Shown here in pieces: positions 28,301 to 38,560 of a stretch of 64,000 bases of DNA. A model generated the notes under the pieces. It saw only the letters and a program-made list of their open reading frames with translations. It had not been told where the DNA came from and made no database searches. Made by a program: the position numbers and the translations under genes. The stretch comes from a virus: IMG/VR virus record IMGVR_UViG_3300035204_002103, positions 7,843 through 71,842 of that record. One strand, given 5' to 3'. How positions within the stretch are numbered: the first letter of the stretch is position 1; every line of letters begins with the position of its first letter.

Positions 28301-28465
28301 ATGAAGAACAATAAACAAAAAAAGTACTTTAAAACAGAGAAGGGTAAAGAAACCCTTAAAAACGCAAGAAAAGCCTATGACGAAAGAGATCCAGAAAGAA
28401 GAAGGAAGCAGAAAAGAGAATATATGAGGAGAAAAAGAGCTAAGAACCCGTTTATTTGGAGGTAA
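28301..28465 (+). CDS. Small highly basic protein
   Basis: Manual translation MKNNKQKKYFKTEKGK...REYMRRKRAKNPFIWR. Confidence 0.55.
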   Translation: MKNNKQKKYFKTEKGKETLKNARKAYDERDPERRRKQKREYMRRKRAKNPFIWR

Positions 28466-28510
28466 TTTTTTTTAGTTATTTTCTTGTACCCTGCGTAAAA
28501 TAATTACGGT

Positions 28511-29533
28511 ATGAAAAATATTAAAGCTTTTTTATTCATAGCATTTATTCTCGTCGGAGGCAGCTCTTACGCCGCCGGAATGAGACAGAGCGTGGCTGAC
28601 CATCTTCAAAACGTATCTGTAACAATTAGAGCAGAAGGCGCATTTAGCGCGGGCGAGGGCTCGGGGGTAATCTTCACTAGGAAGGACTCTAATGGGGATC
28701 AAGTAAATTTTATTTGGACCGCTGCCCACGTCATAGACAACCTCCGTTCCGAAAGGAAAGTACTAGTTAATGGTACCCCAAAAACCTTGGTGGAATTCAA
28801 AGACCCAGTAGTCATTAAAGAAATTAGGCAAGACGGAAGAACTGTCGGAAGACTCCAGATGGATGCGGAAGTGCTGAAGTATTCTGAGAGTGAAAAGGGT
28901 CACGATCTTGCTTTATTACGCGTTCGTAAACTTAATTTTGTAACAGACAGCGTAACTTTTTATTTAGAAGAAAAAATTCCACCACTAGGAACAGACTTAC
29001 TTCATGTTGGTTCTCTGTTGGGCCAAATGGGCGCGAATAGCATGACAGACGGAATTTATTCTCAGCATGGTAGAATTTTAAAGCACCTTAATAAGCACGT
29101 TTTTGATCAGACAACTTGTACCGCTTTTCCGGGAAGTTCTGGAGGTGGAGTCTACCTGAAAAGCGGACCAAATCCAAAATACGTAGGAATGCTCGTTAGA
29201 GGAGCGGGGGAAGGGTTTAATCTTATCGTACCAGTACGCAGAATGGTTGACTATTGCGAAAAACATAAAATCATGTGGGCTCTAGACAGAAATGTAAAAA
29301 TGCCAGCAGAAGATGAGATAAAAAAAATCCCAGTAGAAACAACCCCAAGAGAAAAGGAAGAAGCGGCTGACGAAGAAAAAGAAGCCACAAAGAAAATGTT
29401 CCCCTTTATGCTTAGAATCCTAACGTATCCGGGACACAAATGTGGACCTAACTGCCTACATCCGAGCTTAATTTTAACAGAAAGGGGTGAAATTTCCCCT
29501 TTACCCAAGGGAATAAGGCAAAAAAGTCCATAA
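28511..29533 (+). CDS. Secreted trypsin-like serine protease
   Basis: Signal peptide, GSGV, TAAHV, DLALL, PGSSGGG. Confidence 0.9.
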   Translation: MKNIKAFLFIAFILVGGSSYAAGMRQSVADHLQNVSVTIRAEGAFSAGEGSGVIFTRKDSNGDQVNFIWTAAHVIDNLRSERKVLVNGTPKTLVEFKDPVVIKEIRQDGRTVGRLQMDAEVLKYSESEKGHDLALLRVRKLNFVTDSVTFYLEEKIPPLGTDLLHVGSLLGQMGANSMTDGIYSQHGRILKHLNKHVFDQTTCTAFPGSSGGGVYLKSGPNPKYVGMLVRGAGEGFNLIVPVRRMVDYCEKHKIMWALDRNVKMPAEDEIKKIPVETTPREKEEAADEEKEATKKMFPFMLRILTYPGHKCGPNCLHPSLILTERGEISPLPKGIRQKSP

Positions 29534-29562
29534 AGAAAGGAAAAAGTATCCTAATTACAATG

Positions 29563-29594
29563 ACGTAGCCTCTATTTAGGGGCTACGTTTTTTT
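29563..29594 (+). terminator. Intrinsic terminator
   Basis: ACGTAGCCTCTA-TT-TAGGGGCTACGT-TTTTTT. Confidence 0.8.
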
Positions 29595-29628
29595 ATTAAG
29601 TGTAATAATATTTAGGAGGAACCTTAAA

Positions 29629-30351
29629 ATGGCCGAAGAAACAGAGAAAAGAACACCCGAAGAAATTTCTGCAGAAGTAGCGCTTAAATTAGCGGAAACC
29701 CGAAAGACCGAAGCGGAAGCTAGGAAAACCGAAGCTGAAGCCTCCAAAGCCGAATACGATGCTCATAAAGCTCAGATTGATTATGAGAAGGTCGTGAGAG
29801 CAAGAAGTAAAGAGTTAGCCTTAGATGAAGAGAATCACCTTTACAGATTCTCCGGTTCAGTAAGCGAAGCTTCTGTAAGAAAATGCATGGGTAAACTTAC
29901 CGAGTGGTCTAGGCTTGATCCGAAATGCCCAATCGAAATTGTTTTTTCTTCACCGGGAGGGAGCATAATTGACGGTTTTGAATTATTCGATTTCATACAA
30001 GAGCTTAGAGCAAACGGACACGTCGTTACTACGGGCTCACTAGGAATGGCTGCCTCCATGGCGGGAATTCTTTTACAAGCAGGAGACCATCGGTGGATTG
30101 GGCATCAGAGTTGGTTAATGATTCATAGAGCTGCCTTTGGTGCGATTGGTAAAACTTATGAAGTTGAAGACGAGGTAAAGCTTGTTAAAAGAATAGAGGA
30201 TCGTATCCTAGATATCTTTACTAAGAGGTCCAAACTTACAAAGTTGAAAATTAAAAGAAACTGGGATCGTAAAGATTGGTGGATTGACGCAGATGAATCT
30301 ATTTCACTAGGCTTAGTTGACGAAGTTCGCGCAAAGTTAATTATCCCATAA
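29629..30351 (+). CDS. clpP: ClpP-family protease with N-terminal coiled coil
   Basis: SPGGS, GMAASMAG, MIH, DWW..A.E....GLVD; AGGAGG Shine-Dalgarno. Confidence 0.9.
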   Translation: MAEETEKRTPEEISAEVALKLAETRKTEAEARKTEAEASKAEYDAHKAQIDYEKVVRARSKELALDEENHLYRFSGSVSEASVRKCMGKLTEWSRLDPKCPIEIVFSSPGGSIIDGFELFDFIQELRANGHVVTTGSLGMAASMAGILLQAGDHRWIGHQSWLMIHRAAFGAIGKTYEVEDEVKLVKRIEDRILDIFTKRSKLTKLKIKRNWDRKDWWIDADESISLGLVDEVRAKLIIP

Positions 30352-30435
30352 TAAACGTATTATTGTCAGACAAAAAACGTTATCACCCCTCAAGTAAGTT
30401 GGGGGGTATTTTTTTTTATAAGTGTAAGTATATAC

Positions 30436-30618
30436 GTGAGGGAGCTAGTAATGAATGGTCTAAAAGTGAGGCTTACTAAGTATAAGCTTATCATTTACGA
30501 GGAGGTAGACAAGGAAGTCAGTGATCACGAGGCTCAAGTAATTGCTCAGTATCTGTACCAAGAAGGTTTTATAAAAAAAGATGAATTTCCTGTAGAAATT
30601 CTGAGAATCGAAGACTAA
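30436..30618 (+). CDS. Hypothetical protein
   Basis: GTG start 14 nt after GTGTAA at 30422. Confidence 0.6.
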   Translation: MRELVMNGLKVRLTKYKLIIYEEVDKEVSDHEAQVIAQYLYQEGFIKKDEFPVEILRIED

Positions 30619-30788
30619 TATAAATAAAGACTAACACACATGAGGAAAAGCGAAAAATGTTACAGGATCGTAGACAAAAATTCTAAGATGCTTCATGGAG
30701 CGTTTCCCAAGACGGAAGAAGGGAAAAAAAGGGCTGAAAAATACCTTAAAAAAATAAATAAAGACAAGAACTTAGAGATAGTTATAAA

Positions 30789-31028
30789 ATGAAAAGAGAA
30801 CTCAACAACCATCTTAGATTGCTTAAAGAAAGCATTGATTGGTGGAAGGAAGAAAGCCTCAAGACAGAAATTGAGGTTGAGGAAATCAATACAGAATTCG
30901 AGAAAGGCTTAATAAGCGAAACAGAAGTTATTGACAGACTCACTGAGATTAGCAATAAAATAGATTACCTTTATCGCAAAGGCGAATACGAAAAAAGAAA
31001 TCTTTTTAATGTTATTCAGCATCATTAA
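30789..31028 (+). CDS. Hypothetical protein
   Basis: ORF in run. Confidence 0.55.
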   Translation: MKRELNNHLRLLKESIDWWKEESLKTEIEVEEINTEFEKGLISETEVIDRLTEISNKIDYLYRKGEYEKRNLFNVIQHH

Positions 31029-31029
31029 A

Positions 31030-31335
31030 ATGAAGAAAAAACTTTTTACTTCTACTAATTCAAAAAAAGGCGTCTTACTAGAATCAGAAGACGACGGAAT
31101 TACTATCTCTGTTTGGAAGAAAGAAACCCCAATTTCAGTTAAAGTAAGTAAGGAGACGGTTTTAGAGATGAACGATTTTATTGTTGAAGAGTTTGGGGAT
31201 AATGAAGACGCAGAAAAAGCAGAATTTTGGTCTAACTACGTTAAAGACTTTATTTCAGAGCGAGCGAATAAAGTTCCAGAAGACTATAGCGCAGAAACTT
31301 ACGAAGGCCCTCCTGAACCACCCGAAGAGCAATAA
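31030..31335 (+). CDS. Hypothetical acidic protein
   Basis: ORF in run; start at MKKKLF. Confidence 0.55.
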   Translation: MKKKLFTSTNSKKGVLLESEDDGITISVWKKETPISVKVSKETVLEMNDFIVEEFGDNEDAEKAEFWSNYVKDFISERANKVPEDYSAETYEGPPEPPEEQ

Positions 31336-31456
31336 TGACACAGAATTTCGGTGTGAACGACTGTGACACTGAGACACACAATCCAAAGCAAAATAGCTAA
31401 ACCCCCCGAAAAATGGGGGGTTTTTTTTGGCATGGTTTTTGCTTAATAAAGTTATT

Positions 31457-31822
31457 ATGAGAACATTATCATTGACAAATTCACTATATGACAACTTTTT
31501 AACAAACTGGGATAGAGCTTTCTTTGAGGAAGATTATTCTTATTGGAGAAGAGATAACCACGTTAAAAGCAGCGAAAAAGAGAATTCATTTGAGTATTAT
31601 ATTCCTTTAGCTGGATTTAAGAAGGAGGACATCAAGGCTTCTGTTTCAGACGGATTGGTCGCCATCTTAGCCAAGAAAAACGATTCTACGCTCTCTTATT
31701 CTTTTGAAGTTCCAGAGGGGGGTGATTCGTCTAATTTATCAGCTAAACACGAGGATGGATTACTAACTGTGATAGTCGGTAAGTCTGAAGCTGTTAAGCC
31801 AAGAAATATAGACATTAATTAA
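31457..31822 (+). CDS. Small heat shock protein (Hsp20)
   Basis: LAGFKKEDI, SAKHEDGLLTV, C-terminal IDI motif. Confidence 0.85.
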   Translation: MRTLSLTNSLYDNFLTNWDRAFFEEDYSYWRRDNHVKSSEKENSFEYYIPLAGFKKEDIKASVSDGLVAILAKKNDSTLSYSFEVPEGGDSSNLSAKHEDGLLTVIVGKSEAVKPRNIDIN

Positions 31823-31851
31823 AATAGTTTATACCTTAATTCAGTTAAAAT

Positions 31852-31880
31852 ACCGTGGCCTTCGGGCCACGGTTTTTTTT
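31852..31880 (+). terminator. Intrinsic terminator
   Basis: ACCGTGGCC-TTCG-GGCCACGGT-TTTTTTT. Confidence 0.9.
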
Positions 31881-32077
31881 AGACTTTAAAAAACTATTTT
31901 TTTATCATAAATACATGAAGAGGTCAATAAAGCTGCTCGATCAGATTATTGAAGCAGCAGAACTGACGGATTTAAAACATAAACAAAACAACATTAAAAA
32001 TAAAGCTAGCCGTACAGTTGGTGAAAGTTGGATGGTTTATCATCTAAAATTACTAAAAGAATCTTTACAAGAAGAGA

Positions 32078-32350
32078 ATGCTCAAAGCCAAGATAATAGA
32101 CTCAGAGACTAGAAAGACCAGAGTGACTTGCTCTGCCTGTGGTTTGTCCTATACAGCCAGAAACTATTCTATTCTTTACAACAACGAGAAGTTGGCTTTT
32201 TTTAAGATGAAAATCCCCAGCAAGAGGCTTAAAATTTATTGTCATGACTGTCTTTATAAAGAGGTAGCTGCTCACATGGGGGTTCTTAAAGAAATGAAGC
32301 TAGAAATGGAGTTAGTAGACCACACCGTTAACCTTGTGTTCCACAAATAA
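32078..32350 (+). CDS. Zinc-finger protein
   Basis: CSAC...CHDC. Confidence 0.6.
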   Translation: MLKAKIIDSETRKTRVTCSACGLSYTARNYSILYNNEKLAFFKMKIPSKRLKIYCHDCLYKEVAAHMGVLKEMKLEMELVDHTVNLVFHK

Positions 32351-32385
32351 CAAAGCTTGCTTTTCAAAGCAAAAAGGGATACCTA

Positions 32386-32985
32386 TTGTCTATGGAATAT
32401 AGCGCTTTAAGTGACAAAGATTTGATAAAAAAGTCTAAACTTGGCGATTCAAGAGCTTTTGGGGAAATAATCCTCCGTGACTCAGAATATGTTTTTACTT
32501 GGCTTTTACAAAAAACAAGGGACGAATTTTTAGCGGAGGAGCTTCTTCAAATTACCCTAATAAAATGCTGGAATAACATAAAGAATTTTAAAGGTGATTC
32601 TGCATTCAAAACTTGGGCGTGTGCAATAGCTAGAAATCTTTTTATAGATAATTACAGAAAAATGCAAAGAAAGAATGAAGAGTCTTTAGAGTTTGGAGAT
32701 GGAAAAGAGAAATTAACAAAAGCCATGGTAGAGTTTGATCCTCTAAGGAAATTTAAGAATGAAGACTTGAAATTTTTCTTGGATGAGATTATGGAGGCGT
32801 TATCTGAATCTCACAAAAACGTGTTGCATTATTTTGCGGTAGAAGAGTTGTCTTACGAAGAAATATCTAAAATAGAAAAATGCTCAATAGGAACAGTTAT
32901 GTCTAGGCTTTTCTATGCTCGTAAAAAAGCTCAAGGACTAATTAAAAAACATAAAAAGAAAACAGAATATGGGATTAATAAGTAG
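32386..32985 (+). CDS. ECF-type sigma factor
   Basis: GD.RAF, AEELLQ, FKGDSAFKTW..IARN, SYEEIS...GTVMSRLFYAR. Confidence 0.92.
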   Translation: MSMEYSALSDKDLIKKSKLGDSRAFGEIILRDSEYVFTWLLQKTRDEFLAEELLQITLIKCWNNIKNFKGDSAFKTWACAIARNLFIDNYRKMQRKNEESLEFGDGKEKLTKAMVEFDPLRKFKNEDLKFFLDEIMEALSESHKNVLHYFAVEELSYEEISKIEKCSIGTVMSRLFYARKKAQGLIKKHKKKTEYGINK

Positions 32986-33574
32986 CTTAGTGTGTGAACA
33001 TCCCCTACCGGTACCTTTCGATACTTTTTCGGAAGACGAACGGGAGGATTTTAAAGATACGAAGTGGGACGAGATAATGTTCTACACATCCTCCTTCTTT
33101 GACAGTGTTTCAGATTATTATGGCATTTCTAACTATACAATCAGTGAAGATGGCCAGTTTTACAAGAATGAAGTAGAGTTAGAGTTCATAAAAAACGAGA
33201 AAGGTGTGGTGGATACAAAAGAGAAGGATATGGGTGTAGAAAAGCTAGATTTTACGGGGGAAATACATTTCGGAACAGAAGTGCTTGGTAATGAATACGA
33301 CTATTCAATATCTTTTATAGCTTTGTTTTTCAAAGGAGAACTAAAGGAACTTAATTTAAGCGAATGGAACAAAAGAAGTAACGAGAAGAGAAAGAAGATG
33401 ACTCAAGAGATCTACAACACCTTTAAAGAAAAAACAAAAGAGGCAAATAAATTAAGTTATAAAATTTCTTATGCTATAAAATGGTTGATTTTTAAATTCC
33501 TTGGGTTAGTCACTTCAGTTCTCCTATTCTTTTTAAAAGGAATAGCTTACGCACGCGAATGGATGAGATCATGA
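32969..33574 (+). CDS. Hypothetical protein
   Basis: 201-aa ORF with C-terminal hydrophobic segment. Confidence 0.6.
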   Translation: MGLISSLVCEHPLPVPFDTFSEDEREDFKDTKWDEIMFYTSSFFDSVSDYYGISNYTISEDGQFYKNEVELEFIKNEKGVVDTKEKDMGVEKLDFTGEIHFGTEVLGNEYDYSISFIALFFKGELKELNLSEWNKRSNEKRKKMTQEIYNTFKEKTKEANKLSYKISYAIKWLIFKFLGLVTSVLLFFLKGIAYAREWMRS

Positions 33575-34206
33575 AGAAGGGGAATTTGCTTTATATTCAC
33601 ATCCCCAGAACAGCGGGGACTTATTTTGAGAAATCCTTAGGATTTAAAGGACATAATAAAGCGCCTAGATGTGGATCACGAGAATGGGGTGCTTGTTACG
33701 AGCAAATAATGGGCTGGGATGTTAAAACAAGAATAATGCTTCAACACGCATCTTATTCCCAGTTGATAAAGCATGATTTTATTTCTCCAGAAAATAATTT
33801 AATAAAGGTTACTATATCAAGAAATCCTTATAGCAGGACGGTGTCACTGTTTAAATATTTCGGAGGAGAGACAAAATGGAAAAGCTTTGAAGGCTTTCTA
33901 ACCCATTTAGAGACAGGGGGAATCAACGGGTACTTCTATATGCCTCAGTGGAAATATATTTCCGTAACGCCTCCTCAACTTCAACCTGATTTTGAAATAA
34001 TTAAATTTGAAAACTTTTCTCTCGATGTCCAAGCTTTAAATAAGAAACATAATTTAAAGATTAAGACTGATTTTGACTCAGAAAAACACGTCAAAAGTTC
34101 TAAAAGAGTTTTTAATAAATACTACAAAACAGAAGAAATCACTCAGAGAGTAAGCGATCTTTACGAAAAAGACTTTGAAACGTTTAACTACACATTATTG
34201 TCTTGA
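33571..34206 (+). CDS. Sulfotransferase family 2 protein
   Basis: IHIPRTAGT, RNPYSR..S, PQ, YEKDFETFNY. Confidence 0.85.
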   Translation: MKKGNLLYIHIPRTAGTYFEKSLGFKGHNKAPRCGSREWGACYEQIMGWDVKTRIMLQHASYSQLIKHDFISPENNLIKVTISRNPYSRTVSLFKYFGGETKWKSFEGFLTHLETGGINGYFYMPQWKYISVTPPQLQPDFEIIKFENFSLDVQALNKKHNLKIKTDFDSEKHVKSSKRVFNKYYKTEEITQRVSDLYEKDFETFNYTLLS

Positions 34207-34853
34207 TTTTTTTTAATCCAAGAGGCTTTAAAATAGTGTCTCATGTAAGTATTCTTATGCTCTAATCCCCAAGCAGTGTGGCTTAGGATTTTTATTTCTT
34301 TTGTATTTAAATCTTGAACACTTATTCTGTGTGCTGGAGGTGAGTTAACTCCTTTTTTGAGAAATATATAAAGATGATTAGTTAAAAACATTGGACCAAG
34401 GTGAGCGGGCGGCTTTGGTCTAATATCTTCCACCAAGTTTTTCATTAGCTCAAAGCCCTTGGATGCCCCAAAAAAAGCGTTAGTAATCCAATTGCCTTTA
34501 TGAGGCTGAATACCTATGAACTTTGTTTCTTCTGTCAGCAAATCATCTATTCGTTTATAGCACTCGATGTCTGTATCGACATATATGCCTCCATATTTGA
34601 GTACGGCGACAGCCCTAACGACATCAGCTTGACACGCGTAACAAGGGGGGTCAGTGGGTTGGTTTTTACCATTTGATTCGTTAAAAGCTTCCAAGCAGTT
34701 TTCTGGCATATCTAATTCAGGTAATGAATCATTATCCCAAAGCATGAATTTCCAGTCTGGGTGAATTTTCCTGAAAGATTCCCTGAATTCGATTTCTTCT
34801 TTCGGCATCGGTTTCGGTCCGATCCAAACGTGATGGAATATTTTAGGTATCAT
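34188..34853 (-). CDS. GT32-like glycosyltransferase (DxD sugar-binding)
   Basis: IPKIFHHVW, ADVVR...YGGIYVDTD, GP, H...SW. Confidence 0.9.
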   Translation of the reverse strand: MIPKIFHHVWIGPKPMPKEEIEFRESFRKIHPDWKFMLWDNDSLPELDMPENCLEAFNESNGKNQPTDPPCYACQADVVRAVAVLKYGGIYVDTDIECYKRIDDLLTEETKFIGIQPHKGNWITNAFFGASKGFELMKNLVEDIRPKPPAHLGPMFLTNHLYIFLKKGVNSPPAHRISVQDLNTKEIKILSHTAWGLEHKNTYMRHYFKASWIKKNQDNNV

Positions 34854-34889
34854 TTATGTATTTATTGTAGTTTTTTTATAATTTATTCT

Positions 34890-35390
34890 CTAACAAAAAA
34901 TAACAAATTGATTTTTAATAATTTCAATTTTAGCGTTATGAACCTTTACAAATTCATTGACGGCACGCTTTGGACCAAAGGGGCAGTCGACACTAGTCCA
35001 CCCATAGTCATCACCACACAAGAAGCCACCTTTTTTTACGAGAGGATAATAAAAATCTAAATCTTTTAAAACCATTGGATACGTATGATCGCCGTCGATA
35101 TAAACCCAATCAAAATACTCTTTAGGAAATTCAACTTCAGTAGAAAAGCTTCTGTGCAGCTCTACGCGATTATCATCCGCAAATCTTTTTTGTACGGAGT
35201 GATAAATTTTATCCATTTTTTCTTGCTCGATAGAATACCACATTTTTTTATAGTTTTGATGTTTCCACGGATCTATAAGATGGAGTTTTGATGGTTTTCG
35301 TTTTAGTATTTTCGAAGAAAAAGAACCTTTCCATACTCCTATTTCAGCACATATATCATTTTCTTTTATCTTTGTTAAGGGGTATCTCAT
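34890..35390 (-). CDS. Class I SAM methyltransferase (Methyltransf_24-like)
   Basis: EIGVWKG, IDPW, DWVYIDGDH.Y, GG..GDDY. Confidence 0.88.
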   Translation of the reverse strand: MRYPLTKIKENDICAEIGVWKGSFSSKILKRKPSKLHLIDPWKHQNYKKMWYSIEQEKMDKIYHSVQKRFADDNRVELHRSFSTEVEFPKEYFDWVYIDGDHTYPMVLKDLDFYYPLVKKGGFLCGDDYGWTSVDCPFGPKRAVNEFVKVHNAKIEIIKNQFVIFC

Positions 35391-36001
35391 TTTCCAAATT
35401 CATAACCGAAATACTCAATGTCTTTTGCGTATTTTTCCGCAACGATTTGCTTTGTTTCTTTATCGTAATATTCGGTATAGTGTTTGTGTTTTGTTTTATT
35501 TATGTGTGGAAGTTGCTGTCGGGGAATTCCAATTTTATCACAGACGATGTTGAAGTCATCTTGGAGGTTTTCGAATCTCCCTATGAAATTTACTTTGTGA
35601 TGATTATGCTCTACCCAATCTAATAAATTACCATCTTGACCTCCCCTTGCGGTGACATTGGTAGATCTAATAACGGGAGTCTTAAAGGTTTCATCCTTTA
35701 ACCATTCAGAAAAACTTAATTTTGAAAAGTGTTGATTTTTCTTTCTCCAAACAGTTGGCCAAGAGCCGTTCGATTTCCACAAGTAATAGTACATTGATAC
35801 AGTCATATCCCATGGATTCCTTACAAACGAAAATGTGAAATAATCACTACAAAAAGTATTATTAAGTACGTAATCTTTAAGCGTCCAATGTTTGGCGGAG
35901 ATACTGACCCCGTTTATGGGGGATCGTAGAGAATTTTCTATGCTTGTGCCACCGGTTTTAGGAATGTGCACAAAAATAAATTTATTTTTATGATCTATCA
36001 T
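35387..36001 (-). CDS. Sulfotransferase family 2 protein
   Basis: FVHIPKTGGTS, VRNPWD..VS, GRFENL, DIEYFGY. Confidence 0.9.
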   Translation of the reverse strand: MIDHKNKFIFVHIPKTGGTSIENSLRSPINGVSISAKHWTLKDYVLNNTFCSDYFTFSFVRNPWDMTVSMYYYLWKSNGSWPTVWRKKNQHFSKLSFSEWLKDETFKTPVIRSTNVTARGGQDGNLLDWVEHNHHKVNFIGRFENLQDDFNIVCDKIGIPRQQLPHINKTKHKHYTEYYDKETKQIVAEKYAKDIEYFGYEFGK

Positions 36002-36006
36002 AACTT

Positions 36007-36324
36007 TTACATTTCTTTAAAATTTTTGATTTGACCTAATATATTTAATGTATTTTCACAAGTTATACTGTTGACTTGTATTGTTTTTGGATAATTTAAT
36101 TCTCTATCAATTCTTACGCCATCTATATTCCATTCAGGCTGAACAAAATCGTCAACGAAGTCAAACCAGCCTTTTCTTTTTAATAAATTAAAATAGTAGT
36201 CTATATCTTCTTTTTGAGACTCTAAAATAACGTCATAATCTAGCTCTTTTTTTGCTATCATGGTAATATGCCTAAAATATAAGCCTTCATTGCAAGATAA
36301 ACTAGAAACAACGATTAAATTCAT
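36007..36324 (-). CDS. Hypothetical protein
   Basis: ORF heading the minus-strand cassette; GTGTAA 17 nt upstream. Confidence 0.6.
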   Translation of the reverse strand: MNLIVVSSLSCNEGLYFRHITMIAKKELDYDVILESQKEDIDYYFNLLKRKGWFDFVDDFVQPEWNIDGVRIDRELNYPKTIQVNSITCENTLNILGQIKNFKEM

Positions 36325-36342
36325 ATAGTATATTATTACACA

Positions 36343-37287
36343 ATGAACAAGGCTTTAGTAACAGGAGGATGTGGCTTTATAGGTAGCCATTTAGTTGATC
36401 GCTTAGTAAGGCAGGGCGTGCAGGTTGAGATCGTAGACGACCTCTCTGCTTCAGAAAATGAGGCTTTTTATTATAACGAGACTCAATTTCCGGGGTCAGC
36501 GACGTATCATAAGACAAATATTCTAAATAAAGCCCAACTTGAGGGCATATTTTCAAGCTTTAACCCTGATGCAGTATTTCATCTTGCTGCAAAAGCTAGA
36601 ATCCAACGCGCCATAAAAAATCCCATAGAAACTTGTGAGGTAAATTTTCAGGGAACCTGTAATATTCTTGAGCTTTCTAGAAAATACGAAGTTAGTAGAG
36701 TGATGTTTTCTTCTACGTCTTCCATTTACGGTCTAAAAAATTCTTGCCCCCTTAATGAAGATATGCCGAGAGATTGTCTTAACCCATATTCGGTCAGCAA
36801 GTCTGCCGCAGAAGATTTGTGCAAAATGTATCACGATCTTTACGGTCTCAAGACAGTAATTTTTAGATATTTTAATGTTTTTGGAGAAAGACAACCTCTT
36901 AAGGGGGATTACGCTCCGGTTGTTGGTCTTTTTTATAGGCAAAAAGCGTCTGGCGTACCGATGACTATTGTCGGAGATGGTTTGCAGACAAGAGACTTTA
37001 CTTACGTTAAAGACGTAGTAGAAGCAAATATGTTAGCCGCGACATCTTCTAACGAAAAAATTTTTGGAGAAGTATTCAATGTAGGATCTGGAGAAAGCAC
37101 ATCCGTGCTGCAAATTTCTGAAATGATTGGGGGGGAAGCCTCCTTTCTTCCAGAAAGGAAAGGAGAAGCTAGGGAAACCTTAGCGGATATATCAAAAATT
37201 CGTAAATTTCTATTCTTTTCCCCAACAGTAAGACTAAGCGATTGGATGGAAAAAGAAAACAATAACATAAATAAATATGCCTCGTAA
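36343..37287 (+). CDS. NAD-dependent sugar epimerase/dehydratase
   Basis: GGCGFIG, HLAA, Y..SK, RYFNVFG, RDFTYV. Confidence 0.95.
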   Translation: MNKALVTGGCGFIGSHLVDRLVRQGVQVEIVDDLSASENEAFYYNETQFPGSATYHKTNILNKAQLEGIFSSFNPDAVFHLAAKARIQRAIKNPIETCEVNFQGTCNILELSRKYEVSRVMFSSTSSIYGLKNSCPLNEDMPRDCLNPYSVSKSAAEDLCKMYHDLYGLKTVIFRYFNVFGERQPLKGDYAPVVGLFYRQKASGVPMTIVGDGLQTRDFTYVKDVVEANMLAATSSNEKIFGEVFNVGSGESTSVLQISEMIGGEASFLPERKGEARETLADISKIRKFLFFSPTVRLSDWMEKENNNINKYAS

Positions 37288-37792
37288 GAAAAAAAATAAA
37301 AATAAGAAAAAGACGCAGCAATCAGCTACCAATGCTGCGCTTAACGCTGTGAACCCCAAGGCTCTTAATAAAGATCAACGACGACGATTAGATCACATGA
37401 AGGCCGTGAAGCGCACTCATGATCCAAATTTTGGCGGAAGCGGTCACGCAGCAGCCATGAATGCAGATCAAGCAGCCCTACCACCGCGCACGGCGCATTA
37501 CGATAAAAGAACAGGAACCCAAAAAAGCGAAGCAGTAAAGGTCGGAGAGACCAATAACGAAGTAACTTACGCATGGACGGAAGACAGGGGTGGAGAAAAT
37601 GTACACGTAAAAAAGCGGTCATACTTCAAAGATCATGCAAAGGCTCAGTACGAAAATGATTGGACTTCTGATCACGGAAACCATTGTAAAATAAATAAAG
37701 AAAAATTTGACGAAGGTTACAAGGAGATCTTTGGAGAGGAAAAGAAGGGAGCTGCTTCGGGGACATTTAAGAGATTCAAGAAAACATACTAA
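37277..37792 (+). CDS. Hypothetical basic protein
   Basis: 171-aa ORF. Confidence 0.6.
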   Translation: MPRKKKNKNKKKTQQSATNAALNAVNPKALNKDQRRRLDHMKAVKRTHDPNFGGSGHAAAMNADQAALPPRTAHYDKRTGTQKSEAVKVGETNNEVTYAWTEDRGGENVHVKKRSYFKDHAKAQYENDWTSDHGNHCKINKEKFDEGYKEIFGEEKKGAASGTFKRFKKTY

Positions 37793-37993
37793 TGAGCGCA
37801 GGAAAAGGAGACAAACCAAGGCCCGTCGATAAAAAGAAGTACGACAATAATTATAAAAAAATATTCGGCGGCAAGAGAAAGCTTCAAGGGTATCAAGCTC
37901 ACGAAGATTGTGATGACTGCTTCAAGAAAATAGGTATAAAAAAATTTAAAAAAACCTATTGACAAAAAATAAAAAGCTGGTATATTATTAAGT

Positions 37994-38182
37994 ATGAAGA
38001 CGATGATCTACCAGAACCTCAAAGGCGAAAAACACTTGTACCAAATCGAAGATCCAGATCCAGCAGAGACATTCGGCAATAAGGAGGAAAAGCTGAATGA
38101 TAAAGGTTTTAAAGCTAAATGTTTAAATAGAGACAATCAATGGCGTTCATTCAGGTATGATGGCGTTATAGCAATAAGCTAA
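37994..38182 (+). CDS. Small protein with WYL-like WRSFR motif
   Basis: WRSFRYDGV; TTGACA..TATATT promoter abutting the ATG. Confidence 0.55.
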   Translation: MKTMIYQNLKGEKHLYQIEDPDPAETFGNKEEKLNDKGFKAKCLNRDNQWRSFRYDGVIAIS

Positions 38183-38186
38183 TAAG

Positions 38187-38531
38187 ATGCAAGTAGTAGT
38201 AATTTACAATCCGAAAAAGAAGTGCTTGGAAGTTAAGGGCAGGAAAGAGAATGCCCGTTATGCCGATAAGCCAGCAGTACTTAAACGTACCCACGCTTTA
38301 CACATGGGAGAAGTTTCCGTTACCAAGCAAACACTTACTGGAAAAGTAGACTTAGACGATATTCGCTCTTTAGAAGAAAAGAAAACCCCTCGCCCAAAGT
38401 GGAAGCACCAAGTGAGGGTTAAAAGACAGAAGGGGAAGACTCCAAAACTTGTAAATTTAAAAGATGGGAAAGATATTGATCAATATCACCCCAGAGTCTT
38501 CGTAGAAGATTCTAAAATTTTTGTTCTTTAA
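38187..38531 (+). CDS. Hypothetical protein
   Basis: 114-aa ORF. Confidence 0.6.
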   Translation: MQVVVIYNPKKKCLEVKGRKENARYADKPAVLKRTHALHMGEVSVTKQTLTGKVDLDDIRSLEEKKTPRPKWKHQVRVKRQKGKTPKLVNLKDGKDIDQYHPRVFVEDSKIFVL

Positions 38532-38560
38532 AATAATTTTGCTGGTTGATCACCAGCAAA

